Part shown: positions 27,186-41,360 of the stretch, in pieces
How positions within the stretch are numbered: position 1 is the first letter of the stretch
How the letters are laid out: each line of letters starts with the position of its first letter
Assembly: GCF_963921235.1 (NCBI RefSeq)
Contig: NC_086108.1
Location: forward strand, 67,768,001-67,832,000
Reading direction: 5' to 3'
Origin: Mobula hypostoma
Taxonomy: Eukaryota
DNA length: 64,000 nucleotides
Position numbers and translations under genes: made by a program
Notes under the pieces: generated by a model
What the model saw: only the letters and a program-made list of their open reading frames with translations
What the model was told of the DNA's origin: nothing
The model's database searches: none

Positions 27186-28789
27186 GTTAATAAAAGATGT
27201 TCATTTAATAGTACTGTAAGTGGCCTCTTCTATCACTTTACTGTTTATTGAGAGCAGATTGATAAGCCAGATTTCCTCTTGTGGACAATTGCAGCTTGGC
27301 AATTTCATTACTGTGCTAGGAAGATTCTAGTTTGTACTTTGGAGACGTGAAAACTGGATGACAGAATGTTTTAAAAACTTCTTTATTGTAATATCTGTTG
27401 TTCTCTGGCATAGCTGCTCAACTCCAACATTACTCCATCCACTCACTAATGTATGAACTGTACTGCATTCATCATAATGAAATTACATAGCAGTTGGAAG
27501 CCAAATTATCGAATGGTTGGGATTACGTACTTTTAATTATCCAAATTCAAAAGGGAATTATGCTGTTTTAGTAAAAGTGTAAATTACAGTTAATCATCTA
27601 TAAACAAATCCTTCTGGCTTACTCTGTGAGGCGTACGATGCAGAATTGTGAAGAAATTTACTGTTAAAGCTCATCATCTCCTGGCAACCTTTATTGCTTT
27701 TGCTTCATTGTGAATGCTTAATGCAGCTGAGTTTGTAGCTTGAAGTGTATCATGAACTGTCTGGAACCTTCCTCGAAAATACATATTTTTTAAAGAAATA
27801 ATCAAGAGTTCCAAGGAATGCTTACAAAAATAGCAAACAAATATGGATTTGAATAAAGCACTGGGAAATTGAGGAAAAAGCTGGTAGCAAAGAAATAGAT
27901 TTGAGTGATAAACTTTTACTTCTTCGAGTTGCCTTTTCCCTCTGCCCTACATTTTTTCTAAATTTATTTCCACAATACTAATCACGCTGAGTACACATGC
28001 TTACAGTATCTGAAAATCATAAAATTGCAGAGATAGGAAATCTTATAAAAAGCAGCAAATGCTGGAAGCACTCAGCAGGTCAGGCAGCATCTGTGGAAGG
28101 AGAAATGGTCAATTTTCCAAGTCTGGAGGCTTGGTTCTTGGTCAGAAATGTTAACTATTTCTCATTCCATAGATGCTGCCTAAGATAGTCAGTATTTCCA
28201 GCACATTGTAGAGTCATCGCTTTTCAGCCCACCAAGTCCATAGCAACCGTCAACATAAATTCTACATTAAACCTATTGTTTATCTTTCCAACACTCTCAT
28301 TAACCCCTCCCTCCTCCCACCCCCACAGATTCTACCACTCACCTTCACATTAGAGGCAATTTACATTTTTTTAAGCTCACTAACATCAAGAAAAGTTAAA
28401 CTGTAGCCCTGTAATAAAACTGCTGCACTTTCCAATTTCAATTTTCTTTCTCAATGTTTTATTATTTTCATGACTGAAAATCAGTCTTCATACGTTCTTT
28501 TCTGTTTAGATAGTATCATATCCTGCCTTTAGATGAAAGCAAAGAACTTTCTGTATTTACAGTGTCCTCTCAGTTAAAAGTCAAGTGTTCAGTCAAGTCG
28601 GTGAAACCACTAAGTAATAGCATAACTTGGCGATACAGTGTTCCAGTGGAATGGCCAGCTATCTGTAATAATGCCTTCTTTTGTCCATCATCACAGTCTA
28701 TCATTTCACAGTCCACCCTGCACTTGAAAAGTATGTATCCAAAATTCCTGATAATGTGCAGTGAACTCTATTCTTTGCACTGGTGATGG

Positions 28790-29218
28790 CTAGTGTTTCC
28801 TCGGCTGGTATATTCAGCATCTCTACTGCCCGTACCACCACAGCAATGAAGGACTTCCATCTCTGGTAGTGTTCAGTGCTTCCTTCCTCATGTCAGGAGC
28901 TTGGTTTTCACTACTCTCAGTCATGCAAGTTCTGGGTGGAAACTCAGGCATGCAGTTGCACACAGATGTAGAAGGATTCTACATTGCTGTTTCCTTAACA
29001 AATTTGTTTTACTAGTCAGGGTTGTTAGCCTTGAGTTGAACCTCTGAACCTGGACCAGGGGCCACTCTTAGTCTGGAGCTACCCTTTGTCTTGTTTGGCA
29101 TGGATAATGCTACCAAGAGCCAAAGCGCAAAGCTCTGATTCCAGCTCACATAGCTCTCCAAATCCTTGAGGCACACAAGCCTCCAAAGTACAACAAGATT
29201 GTGGTCCTCTTGGAGGTT
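28790..29218 (-). mobile_element. Second RTE-derived short element (5' UTR), older
   Basis: CCTCCAAGAGGACCACAATCTTGTTGTACTTTGGAGGCTTGTGTGCCTCAA..GAGCTATG..CAGACTAAGAG, alignable with 26760-27185. Confidence 0.6.
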
Positions 29219-29574
29219 TATCAGCATAGCTATTGTGTTATTTGATTTGATAATGAGATCGGAATTATTATAGTATACAAACTAAGGTTCCTTTTGTAGA
29301 AAGGTGCAATATTGCATCTTAGTTTATACTTTATTAGGAGGCAGCCCTGTAGTGCAGCTAACAGAACCACTGTCTCTCAATACCTCGCAACTGGTTTGAT
29401 GGACATCATGGACTCAGAGAGCCAAAGGGTCGGGAGTCATGAATTGCAAGATTCACAGGCCGAAAGCTTCCCTGGTTTTACCATTGACCATGTTGAGATA
29501 ATTGAGTATGCAGTTTGGACCCTAAATGAAATCAGCTAATAATTGTTTCAGGTATTTTGAGAAATCCTCATAGA

Positions 29575-29915
29575 TATAGAGTCATAGGGCATGACTCTTG
29601 GGCCCACTAAATCCAACAGCCCCTGGCATTAACCCCCAGATAATCCTACATTAATCCTGTTCTTAATTCTCCCTACCTTCTCATCAACTCCTCCACCCTC
29701 CAGGTTCCATTACTCACTTACATGCTAAGGTCAGTTCACATTAGCTGATTAACCACCCCTCCAGAAAGGCTCTGAGATGTGGGAGGAAACCAGACTAACT
29801 GGGAAAACCCACAAAGCGACACGGAGAATGGGCAAACTCCATACAGACAGTACTCCAAATCAGGACTGAACCTGGGTCACTGGCTCTCTGAGATAACGGC
29901 TCCACTGTCCCTCCC
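29575..29915 (-). mobile_element. V-SINE with CR1-like tail
   Basis: GTGGGAGGAAACCAGACTAACTGGGAAAACCCAC..GCAAACTCCATACAGACAG is the reverse complement of the V-domain. Confidence 0.7.
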
Positions 29916-30399
29916 GAAGCAGTTTCTAATAAAAGCATCTCCACTGACTTCCATAAAGTCTGACAATCCCTCTCAATCAAGTTAAATGATGCCTTCTTCA
30001 TGAGCTTGTCAGAGTTCCGACGCAGCCTGAGGCATGGTTTCTTCTGCTCACCGTCACGGTCAGCTGAGAAAAATTGGTTGTAGTATTGATTCTCAATCTT
30101 GGTCATGTGAAATTAGGGAAGATCTATTAGAGCTGAACTATAAAGTCCAGGTTACATAGTAACTTTGTGACATGGGGACCTCAGCACCAAAACCGAGTGA
30201 TGGGAAGACAATTTACCAAGTTCAGTTACACTTCTTGGCCAGGATGCTGAACCCAGGATATAATGTCCTCATGAGTCTACTGGAACACTAAACTTTACCA
30301 TGACAATGTATCTACACAGGGTCTTCCTTCCATATCTTCCTGTCCCCCACTATTTATTTCTACTCTAATTGTTCCTTTTCTTACCCCATAAATGTCTTT

Positions 30400-31170
30400 C
30401 CAGAAGAACAGTGAGCTCTGCTGGTGGCTGTGTTATGGAGGATGCAACAAATGGCAACATACCAATTATGTCTGGAATGCTCGGTAGGCAGTGCTTCATT
30501 AGGGCTGACATTATGATTACTCTGATGGCACCCTCCACTAGAGTCCTGATGATCCTGTGATTGAAGCTGTGCTGCTTAAATCAGAGAAAGGAGCTGAAGA
30601 CAAGGAAGGAGTTTTACTTACACCCTGTGGTACAGCTGAACTATACAGCCTATGAATAAAAGAGCACTGCAGACTCCTGAGACACACAACATTGAGAGAT
30701 TTTCTCTGATGTTGGCACACAAATCTGATGTTCAGGAAGAGGTAGCTTGTGTGATCCACATCGAGCTCCAGGTTCCCAAGGGGAAGGTGGAACACCACAG
30801 GAGTGCAGTCTATCACCTTCAGAACCAGGAAGCATCACATTCTGCATCTGCGTGCCTGCTCAGCCAGATGCTTTACATTCTAGATTGGAAAACGCAGTCT
30901 CTATTTACATGAGGAAGCAGCATCAATCATCTTAAAATTGTGGAATGATTCAGAGCCAGCTACTTCAGGATGGAAGTGGCTTTGATCTCTATGATGTAAG
31001 CAAACTGGGCACAGGCTGAACTTCGGTATCAGAAGGCCATTGAAATCTGCCAGAACTGTCCCTAAAATCCATAAGCTCCAAATTCAGTAAAAACTGGTAA
31101 GAGGAACATTCCTCCCTGTATACTCCTTGGCAATTGTATCTATGCATAAAAACACTTCTTTCCTCCTTCC
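30400..31170 (-). pseudogene. PIF/Harbinger (HARBI1-like) DDE transposase relic
   Basis: Colinear minus-strand motifs GVYREECS, IKATSIL, VIDCTPV (IDCTH-like), LNIRFVCQH, TLVEGAI, CCILHNTA; many stops and frameshifts. Confidence 0.65.
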
Positions 31171-31886
31171 TTGGGGTACTTGGGCATGTCTGGCCTCCAT
31201 CCAAGGACCGTATTGCAGTTCCAGCTGTGCAGCACACAGAATTGCCTATGGCAATAGGTAATAACTGGAAAAATGGTTGCACACCTCAGCCAAACAGTCT
31301 GGAGTAGCCTCTGGAGTCCCCCAAGCAGCTGCAGAATAATGCAAAAGTGCCAAGTAAACGAATAGACTTCTAAAATAAACAGCTGCACTGAGTGTTGTGT
31401 TATGAAAACGTTGTCCTCTGTAAAAAAAATGAACATTCCTAAAGCTGAAAATGTGACCTGATTTATGATGTAAATGATGCACATGCAATGCGTTTGTAAG
31501 CAGCAGACTGAATTCCATAAACGACCCAATTTTAGCAGAGTGATCATGTCTCTGCAATGCATGCTGAAAAGCATCAAAATTCAATTATGGATAAATACAG
31601 CTTCTGTCATTCAATGTGTTGTCCAAGAACACAATAAAAAGAGAAAATTAGAACAGAAAAATCAGTATATCGCTCATGACTCTGCACATATAATAGCTAT
31701 TACACAGTACACCTAGTATTTAATTTCCTGATAGGGCTATTCAAGAAGTACTTTCTAAATTCCAAATGTAAGGAAGTAACATTTACATGAAATTGTGGTG
31801 TATGTTTACTGTGGTTTTAGGTGACATGGCAGACATTGATGGCTAAAACACTACATTTATTTAACCTAAAATCATAATGCTGAAAT

Positions 31887-32312
31887 TGTCACAGTCCCGA
31901 CCATTAATTCCCCATTTTCTCCTAATTCCCTTTGATGGCAGCACACCTGGTTTTCATCAAGATCAGCAGCATAAAAACCCCGGCTTTGCATCCACTCATT
32001 GCCAGATTGTTGTTTAGCCAGTGTGGTAATTAATGTTCCCAGCCACTTAGGATTGTGTATCTAAGTTTTACTTCAGTACTGAGGTTTACCTGTGTAACTC
32101 TGTCTCTCTGTGTCAAGAAAAGTATTGTCTACCGCTTGCCTTTCTACGCTCCGTGTCAAGAAAAGGGTTGCCTGCCGTCTGCCTTTCTGTTTGCCGTTCA
32201 ACTCCAGCAACGCTTCATGTCAGGTTCCAGCTACGCCCACGTCCTCATCTGCATCCTAACCGTGTCTCCGTGCCAGTGTCCTGTGTCTGGGTTTACGCCG
32301 TTCCCTGCAACA
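31887..32312 (+). mobile_element. Solo LTR (426 bp) with 5-bp TSD GAAAT
   Basis: TGTCAC...CAACA termini; GAAAT at 31882-31886 and 32313-32317; CACCTG and CATAAAA motifs; CpG-richer than flanks. Confidence 0.75.
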
Positions 32313-33239
32313 GAAATATGACAATAATGCAGACTAATATCAATGAAACTAGCCTACCATCTTGTTTATAACGTTTACTTCCTTACTTAACCTTGGTAGT
32401 TCCTCTAAAACATCTAACCCTTTTCCCATTCATCCCATCTTCAGGTGTGCATATTTTCTTTACTTTGAAAAAAAAATGCTAGTTAGCCTTTGACTTAAGA
32501 CCATAAGATACCGGAGCAGATTTAGGCCCTGCAGTCCATTGAGTCTCCTCCACATTCAGTCTTTAACATGCTTTAGACCCTGTGATTCTTCATAGAAAAT
32601 GCTAAACACTTACAAAGCTCTTACTTAAAGTGTTTCCTTTGATCAAAGCATCATTGCACACTCCAATTCTTTTCCCTCCTTACTATATTTTTCCATTCCC
32701 CCTTTGGAAAAATATTTGCCATGCAAAGGCAAGATGAGACTTTTAAAAATGTATTTCATTATTTGCAGACCATTCCTGGATCTCCCTTGATACCACCAAA
32801 GCCCTCATACCCACAACTGTTTGAAACAATAAAAGTACTACTTTAAATGAAAAATATCTGTGCAGGTAATGCATGGTATTATTTTGCAAAAACCAAGGAA
32901 CAAACAAAAACTTAAGAGATTCTGCCGATGTTGAAATCCAGAATAACAAACAGCAAATGTCAGAGGAACTCAGCAGATCAGGCAGCATCTATGGAAAGGA
33001 ATAAACAAAAGAAAGGAGGCAGGAAAGGAGACATAGGAATGTACACGGAGAGCTAGAATGATCCATGAAGTGAAAGACAGAAGATAGTTAAATGGCAGAA
33101 GTGAGATAAACATGAAAAAGGGATAATGAGATAAACAAAGAAGATGTGTATGGCTAAAGGTTATGATAATGAGATAAAGAGATAGGGTAAGTTTAGATAC
33201 TTAAAGGAAAAAGGGAAGATTCTGGAGCATGGTAATAAT

Positions 33240-34720
33240 CAATAGGTTTCAAAAGGTACATTTAATGTCAGAGAAATGTATACAATATACATCCTGAAAT
33301 ACTTTTTCCTGGCAAACATCCATGAAAACATAGGAGTGCCCCAAAGAATGAAGACAATTAAATGTTAGAACCCAAAAGCGCCCCCTTTCCCATGCACAAG
33401 TAGCAGTAAAACAACGATACCCAATAATACTAAACAGAATGGCAGGTAGAAATGAGGCTGAGGCCAGAGTCTATGAGAATACATAAAGTAAAGTAAGAGA
33501 AGTAAATGTATTATCAAAATACATCTGTGTTGCCGCATACTACCTTGAGATTCATTTTCTTGCGGACGTTTACCGAAAAGAAAGAAACAAAAAAAGAATT
33601 TTATGAAAAACTGGCAAACAATCAACATGCAAAAGAAGATAAACTGTTAAAATAAAAATAACATTGAGAACATGAGCTGTGGCTGCTCCTGAACCTGGTG
33701 GTGTGGGACATAAGGCTTTTATACCTCCTACAAAATGGTGGCAGTGAGAGAAGAACATGGCTGGAAGATGGGAGTGTTTGATGATGAATGCTCTTTTCTT
33801 GTGGCAGTGCTCCATGTAAATGTACTCAATAGTAGGAAGGGATTTTCCTTTCTTGGGCAGGGCTGTATCCAACATTTTCTGTAGCCTTTTCCATTCCTGG
33901 GCATTGGTGCTTCCATACCAGGCCATGATGCAATCCAATGTGCATCAAGAGAAGTTCGCTTGTTAAAGTTTTTAGTGATATACCAAATCTTGGCAAACTT
34001 CTAAGAAAGTAAATGCACTGTCTTTTTTTTTTGTAATGACATTTATGTGCTGGTCCCAGGAGAGATCCTTTGCGGCAGGAAAGTTGTTTCCACTGGTAGG
34101 TGAGACTAGAACTAGGGGACATAGCCTCAAGATCCAAGGGGTAGATTTAGGATGGAGATGAGGAGGAACTGTTTTTCCCAGAGAGTAGCGAATCTGTGGA
34201 ATTCTCTGCCCAGTGAAGCAGTGCAGGCTATCTCAGTAAATATATTTAAGACAAGGTTGGATAGATTTTTGCAGAGTAGGGGAATTAAGGGTTACGAGGA
34301 AAAGACAGGTAAGTGAGGGTGAGTCCATGGCCAGTTCAGGCATGATCTTATTGAATGCCAGAGTAGGCTCAACGGGCCGGATGGCCTTCTCCTGCTCCTA
34401 TTTCTTATGTTCTCTGATCGAATATAAAGCTACTGAGCTTCTCCATCCCCATTCCTCTAATGAACCGGCTCACGGATCTCCAGCTTCTTCCTCCTGTACT
34501 TGATAATCAGCTCTTTGACTTTGCTGATGTTGACTGCGAGTGGAGGCATCATTTAAAAGCCTAACCATCTCCATCTCTGATTCGGCCAACAACAGTGGTG
34601 TTGAAAACGAATCTGCTGCTTTCAGTGATGTTGTCAGCAAACTTAAATATTTTCAACTTGGACTGTACTTAGCCATACAATCATAAGTCAAAAGTGGGTA
34701 AAACAGGGAGCTAAGTTTGG
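33240..34720 (-). mobile_element. Degenerate Rex1/Babar LINE interrupted by a CR1 3' fragment
   Basis: CIMAWYGSTNAQEWKRLQK, CIYFLRSLPRFG, and KFADN near 34630. Confidence 0.7.
34075..34412 (+). mobile_element. CR1 3' fragment
   Basis: ACTAGAACTAGGGGACATAGCCTCAAGAT..AATCTGTGGAATTCTCTGCC..CTGCTCCTATTTCTTATG. Confidence 0.8.
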
Positions 34721-35574
34721 TGCCTCTTAATATTAACAAGTTACACCAGTGATAACTGGAGATGGGAGGGAGGAATGAGATGAGATTTGTGGTTCTCTGG
34801 AATGATGGGCTTCAGAAATAGTACTATAGATGTCCAAAGAACAGAAGGTGATGATGAAACTCATCCTAAGAGCATTTTACAAGAAACTTGTTGTTGGAGG
34901 AGTGACCAAAGACAGGTGCTCCTATTTCCCAGTACTGCTTCAAATATCAGAGTGAGCAGTACGTTCTCAATTATCGTGTCAATTATTGTGCTCATATTTT
35001 ACTCTGGGAAAGTGGATTTTCTACTGCATAACACTGACATTAGCAGCAATGGAGAAATGAATCTTGAGGTCAGAGAGGTTAAAAGCAATGGTGCCTCAGT
35101 GATCAATTCGGTTACAGTGTATTGGTAAGTAAATAGAAGTTCCAATTCTGATTCATCTGGGTGGTGTACAATCTCAGATGTGAATATTCCTCAGGAATGC
35201 CAGAGATTCCCAGGAGAAGCACCCTCCACCACTCCTCTCGGGTGAAGTTGAATAACATCTGTGAAATTTTGGGACTCATTTATATACAAGCAATGGATGG
35301 CTGAAAAATTGTGTACTGGAAAGAATGGCAAATGTAAATATATGTCCCTTAAAGGCAAACAAATACAAAATTATAATGGAGAATAAAATATGGTCAAGGA
35401 GTTAAACCAGACATTTTATCTGTTTTCACTACTGGAGATAGTGGAGCATCAAGGATTTGTTGCCAGAGGGAAAACAAAATAATTGCTATCACGGAAGAAA
35501 AGTGCTGGCAAAATAAAGATTAATTCTGGAGCTCCCAGTTTACATCTAAGGGATATAAAGGAGCAATATAGAAA

Positions 35575-38075
35575 ATCTCTCAAAATGGTATCCAACATGA
35601 CATTAGTATTACAGTGGAGTAAAGGGAATTATAGAGGCATGAGAGAGAAGCTGGCCAAATTTGATTGGAAGGGAACACCGGCAGGGATGACAGCAGAGCA
35701 GCAATGGCTGGAATTTCAGGGAGCAACTCACAAGGTATAGGATAGATACATTGCAAAGAGGATGAAGTAGTTTAAAGGCAGAATGACATAGCTGTAGCTG
35801 ACAAGAAACGTCAAAGCTAACATTTGCACTGAAGAGAGGGCATAGAATAGAGCAAAAATTTGTGGGAAGTTATGATATTGGGAAGCATTTAAAAACCAAC
35901 AGAGGGCAACTAAAAATGTCATAAAGAAGGAAAAGATGGAATATGAAGGTAAGATAGCCAATAATATTAAACAGGATACCAGAAGTTTCTTCAGATACAT
36001 GAGGTGTAAAAAAAAGGTGAGAATAGATATAGGACCACTGGAAAACAATGCTGGAGAGGTAATAATGTGAGGCAGGGAAATGGCAAAATACAGAATAAGT
36101 ATTTAGCATCAGACTTCACCGTGGAAGATACTAGCAGTATGCTGGATGCTCAAGTGTGTCAGGGGCCAGAAATATGTGAAGTTGCCATTATTAGGCAGGA
36201 GGTCATGGAAAACTGAGAAGTCTGAAGGTAGCTAAGTTACTTGGACCAGATGGTGTACACCCCAGGTTCTGAAGGAGAATGCCGAAGAGACTGCAGAGAG
36301 GCATTAGTAATGATCTTTAAAGAATCAGTAGAAACTGGCATGGTTCTGGAAGACTAGAAAATTCCAAATGTCACTCCAAGAAGAGTGAGAGACTGAAGAA
36401 AGGAAATTATAGGCCAGTTAGTCTGACCTCAGTGGTTGGGACAATGTTGGAGTCAATTGATAAGAATGTGGTTTCTTGGTACTTGGAGGTACTTGATAAA
36501 ATAGGCCATAGTCAGCATTGTTTCCTCCCCAGAAAACCTTCCCTGACAAACCTGTTGGAATTCTTTGAAGAAAAAAACAAGCAGACTAGAATAAGCAGAA
36601 ATGTTAGATGTTGTGTACTTGGATATTCAGATGGCCTTTGACAAGGTGCCACTAATGATGCTGATTAACAAGTTAAGAGCTTATGGTATTACAAGAAAGA
36701 TACTAACATGGGTAGAGCATTTGCTGATTGGCAGAGGGCAAAAAAGTGGGCATAAAGGGAGCCTTTTCTGGTTGGCTGCCTGTGACTAATGGTGTTCCAG
36801 AGGAATCTATGTTGTGAACACCTTCTTTTTACATTATATATCAACGAATTGGGGATTGATGGATCTGTGGCCAAGTTTGTGGATAATATGAAGATAGGTG
36901 GAGGGGCAGGTAGTGTTGTGAAATCAGAGAGGATGCAGAGGGAATTAGACAAATCAGAAGAATGGGCAAAAGAAATGGCAGATGAAATATAGTGTGGAGA
37001 AGTGTGTGGTCATGCAATTTGGTGGAAGACCACAAGACGTAGGAGCAGAATTAGGCCATTTGGCCCATCAAGACTGCTCCACCATTCAATCATGACTAAT
37101 CCTATTTTCCCTTCCTCAGTCTCACTCCCCAGCCTTCTCCCCATAACCTTTGATGCCATGTCCAGTCAAGCTCTGCCTTAAATACATCCAATGACCTGGC
37201 CTCCACAGCTGCCTGTGGCAATAAATTCAACAAATTCACCACCCTGTGGCAAAAGAAATTTCTCCACATCTTTGTTTTAAATGGAACCCCATTTAAGAAG
37301 AAATAAGTATGCAGACTATTTTCTAAATGGAGAGAAAATTAAAACATCTGAGATGCAAAGGGTTTGGGAGTCCTTGTGCAGGTTTCCCTACAGGTTAGTT
37401 TGCAGGTTGAGTTTGTGATGAGGAAGGTAAAAGTGATGTTATCCTTCATTTTGAAAGGACTAGAATATAAAAGCAAAAATGTAATGTTGAGTCTTTATAA
37501 AGCACTGGTGAAACCTCACTTTGGAGTATTGTGAGCAGTTTTAGGCCTGTTATCTTGGAAAGGATGTGCTGACATTGTTGAGGGTTCAATGGAGGTTCAT
37601 GAAAATTATTCTGGGATTGAAAGAGTTGTTATATGAGGAGTATTTGATGGCTCTGGGCCTCTTCTCACTGGAATTCAGAAGAGTGAGGTGTGACCTCATT
37701 GAAACCTATCGAATGTTGAAAGGCCTCAATAGAGTGGATGTGGAGAGAATATATTTTCTATGGCGGGAAGTCCAAGAGCAGAGAGCACAGCCTTACAATA
37801 GAGGCCGTCCTTTTGGAACAGAGGTGAGGGGGAATCTCTTGAGCCAAAGTGTAGGGAATCTGTGGAATTCATTGCCACAGGCAGCAGTGGAGGCCAAATC
37901 ATCAGGTATATTTAAGGCAGAGGTTGATAGATTCTCGATTGCTCAGGACATGAAGGGATACAGGGAAAAGGCAGGAAATCCAGGTAGAGAGGGAAAATGG
38001 ATCAGCCATGTTGAAATGGCAGAGAAAACTCGATGGGCCAAATGGCCTAATTTTGCTCCTATATCTTATAGTCTT
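35575..38075 (+). mobile_element. Degenerate CR1 LINE ORF2, with an opposite-strand CR1 3' piece inserted at ~37027-37290
   Basis: GNYRGMREKLAK, LTNLLEFFEE, DVVYLDIQMAFDKVP, KFVDNMKIGG, NLWNSLPQ; 3' UTR at ~38040-38075. Confidence 0.85.
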
Positions 38076-38139
38076 AGGGTGTTAACTCATACAGGCTTCT
38101 TCATTGTAAGGAATGTGTCAGCAGTTCTTCCTACAACAT

Positions 38140-39360
38140 AATCAGAATCAGAATCAGAATCATAGGCATGTGTCATGACATTTATTAACTTAGCAGCAGC
38201 AGTTCAAAGCTGTACATAATATAGAAGAAGAAGAGGAAAAATAATAATAACCAATCGATCAATTACAGTATAAAGAGTGAGGTAGCGTCCACGGGTTTAA
38301 TGTCCATTTAGCAATCGGATGGCAGAGGGGAAGAAGTTGGTCCTGAATCGCTGAGTGTGTGCCTTCAGGCTTCTGTACCTCCTACCTTATGGTGACAGTG
38401 AAGAAAGGGCATGCCCTGGGTGATGGAGGTCTTTAATAATGGACGCTGCCTTTCTGAAACACTGTCTTTCTTCCCTAAAGATGTCCTGGGTACTTTGTAG
38501 GCTAGCACTCAAGATGGAGCCAACTAAATTACAACCCTCTGCAGCTTCTTTCAGTCCTGTGCAGTAGCCCCTCCATACCGGACAGTGATGCAGCCTGTCA
38601 GAATGCTCTCCACGGTACAACTATAGAAGTTTTTGAGTGTATTTTGTTGACATGACAAATCTCTTCAAACTCCTAATGAAGTATAGCCGCTGTCTTGTCT
38701 TCTTTATAACTGCATCGATATGTTGGGACCAGGTTAGGTCCTCAGAGATCTTGACACCCAGGAACTTGTAAATGCTCACCCTCTCCACTTCTGATCCATT
38801 TGTGAGGATTGGTATGTGTTCCTTCATCTTACTCTTCCTGAAGTCCACAATCGTTGAGTGAAAGTTTGTTGCTGTGACATCACTCCATGAGTTGGCATAT
38901 CTGCCTTTCATCTTCATCTGAGATTCTACCAACAATGGTTGTATCATCAGCAAATTTATAAATGGTATTTGAGATATGCCGACCCACACAGTATAGAGAG
39001 AGTAGAGCAGCGGGCTAAGCTCACACACCTGAGGTGCACCAGTGCTGATTGTCAGCAAGGAGGAGATATTATCACCAATCCGCACAGATTCTGGTCTTCC
39101 AGTTAGGAAGTCGAGGATCCAGTTGCAGAGGGAGGTACAGAAGCCCAGGTTCTGCAACTTCTCAATCAGAATTGTAGGAATAATGGTGTTGAATGCTGAG
39201 CTATAGTCGATGACAGCATCCTGACATAGGTGTTTGATTGTCCAGGTGGTCTAAGGCCGTGTGAAGAGCTATTCAGGTTGCATATGGAATTAACCTATTA
39301 TGGTGAAACACAAATTGCAATTGGTCCAGGTCCTTGCTGAAGCAGGAGTTCAGCCTAGGG
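38140..39360 (-). mobile_element. Rex1/Babar LINE, 5'-truncated
   Basis: [49 protein letters not shown]; (ATCAGA)n tail at 38140-38161. Confidence 0.85.
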
Positions 39361-40244
39361 CACTGTAAAATGGTTCTTCTAGTTGTAGCAATGGGAGGTG
39401 TCATCCAGAAACAACGTCCTGTACCTGCCTTCAGTGCATCTCAATCAAATCATGTGCTAGACTAAAAATTAAACAGATTGTAATGACTTTAAAACTAACC
39501 ATTTGTAAGTAATGCCATCACTCTAACAGTTGCATTGCATAGCACAACAATGGTGTGACCATTCTACATTTTCATGAACTCAATATAATTTGAATCACAA
39601 TTCTAATGAATAGGTCACAACTGTAGAGCAACATTGCAAGTAAGCAAAACACAAAACTTTGGGTCAAAACACTGCATCGAGTCCTTGCCACCACAGATGC
39701 TGCATGGCCCACTGAGTTCCTCCACCAATTTTTGATCCATATTTCACATTGCAGTCTCTTGTGTCTTGACCGAAACATTAAATTGGAAAATACTGTATGC
39801 ATTTTGCATTATGTTTAAATAGTACGTTAAAAATATAAACTCCAAGGTCAATGACAATTTTGTAATTACTATGTATTACTTTTGAAATTTTTTACTTAAC
39901 CAAGATTTGCCGGGATCATACGTTACTGCTTTCTTTCTTGTTAATGAAAATGGCATAAAATGACAAAATATTAAAATAGCAACATGATATAATGGCAGAA
40001 TGATAAAAAGGATTATATGGAATGTTAATCAAATATGTTAATCAAATTCCATTTGTATCATATAAATTTATGAACTGTAGGATATGAGTCTTATGAAAAG
40101 AAGTAATTAGAAGAAAATAGCATTACAAAAAAAAAGTGGTGCTGGAGAAATTAAATACGCCGAAGTTGATGAATTCCCATGTGTGATGATCTGCATCCAA
40201 GAGAACTAAAAGCATTAACAATGAAAATAGTGGAAACGTTCAGA

Positions 40245-41360
40245 GTCATGGAGTTGTACAGCACAGAAAAGCAGCCTTCAGCCCATCCTTGTCCATGCTA
40301 ATCCCATTTCTCAGGACTTGGCCTATACCTCTCTAAACACTTGTCATCCATATACCTGTCCACATATTTCTAAAATATATCTAATGTATTTGCCTCAACC
40401 ACTTACTCTGGAGCTGGCCCCATATACCGTATCTACTACCTGATGAGTAAACAAGTTGACCTTTAGGTTCTTATTAAACTTTCCCCTCTCTTCCACATCT
40501 TCAAGTTTTCAATGCCCCAACCTTGGAAGTAAGACCACTCATCTCATCTACAGTATCACACTCATGATGTTATATACTTCTTGGAGGTCTCCTCTCAGTC
40601 TCCTAGGTTCCAAGGATTAAATACCCAGCCTGTCTAACCTCTTCCTATAACTCAAGTTCTGGCAACATACTTGTAAATAATTTTTTGCACTTTGTAATAT
40701 TAATGAATATGTCAATGTCATAAAACTGTGTTGTACTTTGAGTTGTGAGGAGAATACAAGGAGGCTTTCTAGTGATTTAGACAAGTTGTATAATGGTCAA
40801 GTACAAGGCAGATGCAGTATATAAAGAAAAAAACTGTAAAATTGATTACTTTAGTAGATAAAACAGAAAGGCAAATTATTACTTAAATGATGATAGATTA
40901 GGAAAATGTTGATGCCCTTACACGTTGGTCAGTGAATACAAACTTACAGTACATGAAGGAGATTTTGAGTACAGGAGCAAGGGCGTTCTGCTAAAACTAA
41001 GCAAGACCACTGCTAGAATATTATGTGCAGTTTTGGTCTTTTTACCCAAGAAAGGACATATGAGCTTACAACAAGGGCTCAAAGTCTCAAGGTACAGGAT
41101 AAGACATTTAGTAAAAAGACGAGGAACTGGAAAGATGAAAACTTGTAGAATTCTTTATCCTGAAGGATATTAAGACAAAGTCAATGATCCTACTAGTAAA
41201 GGTGCTATATATATTTCTAAACACATTAAGCATGGAAGCTTTTGGGGAAGAGAGTAGAGCAATGGGATGGAGAGAGATCAGTCATGACTAGGTTGAATGG
41301 AGGAATAGACCCTAAGGACCAAATGGTCTATTCTACTCTGATTTTCTCATGTGTCCATGT
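40245..41360. mobile_element. Two degenerate CR1 3' fragments in opposite orientation (minus ~40245-40690, plus ~40735-41360)
   Basis: CR1-like 3' ends at both outer edges; FEYRSKGVLL similarity. Confidence 0.6.

Noticed and set aside
34787..35128. 113-aa ORF ending at a GGTAAGT donor-like site
   Set aside because: No recognisable homology or consistent exon partners
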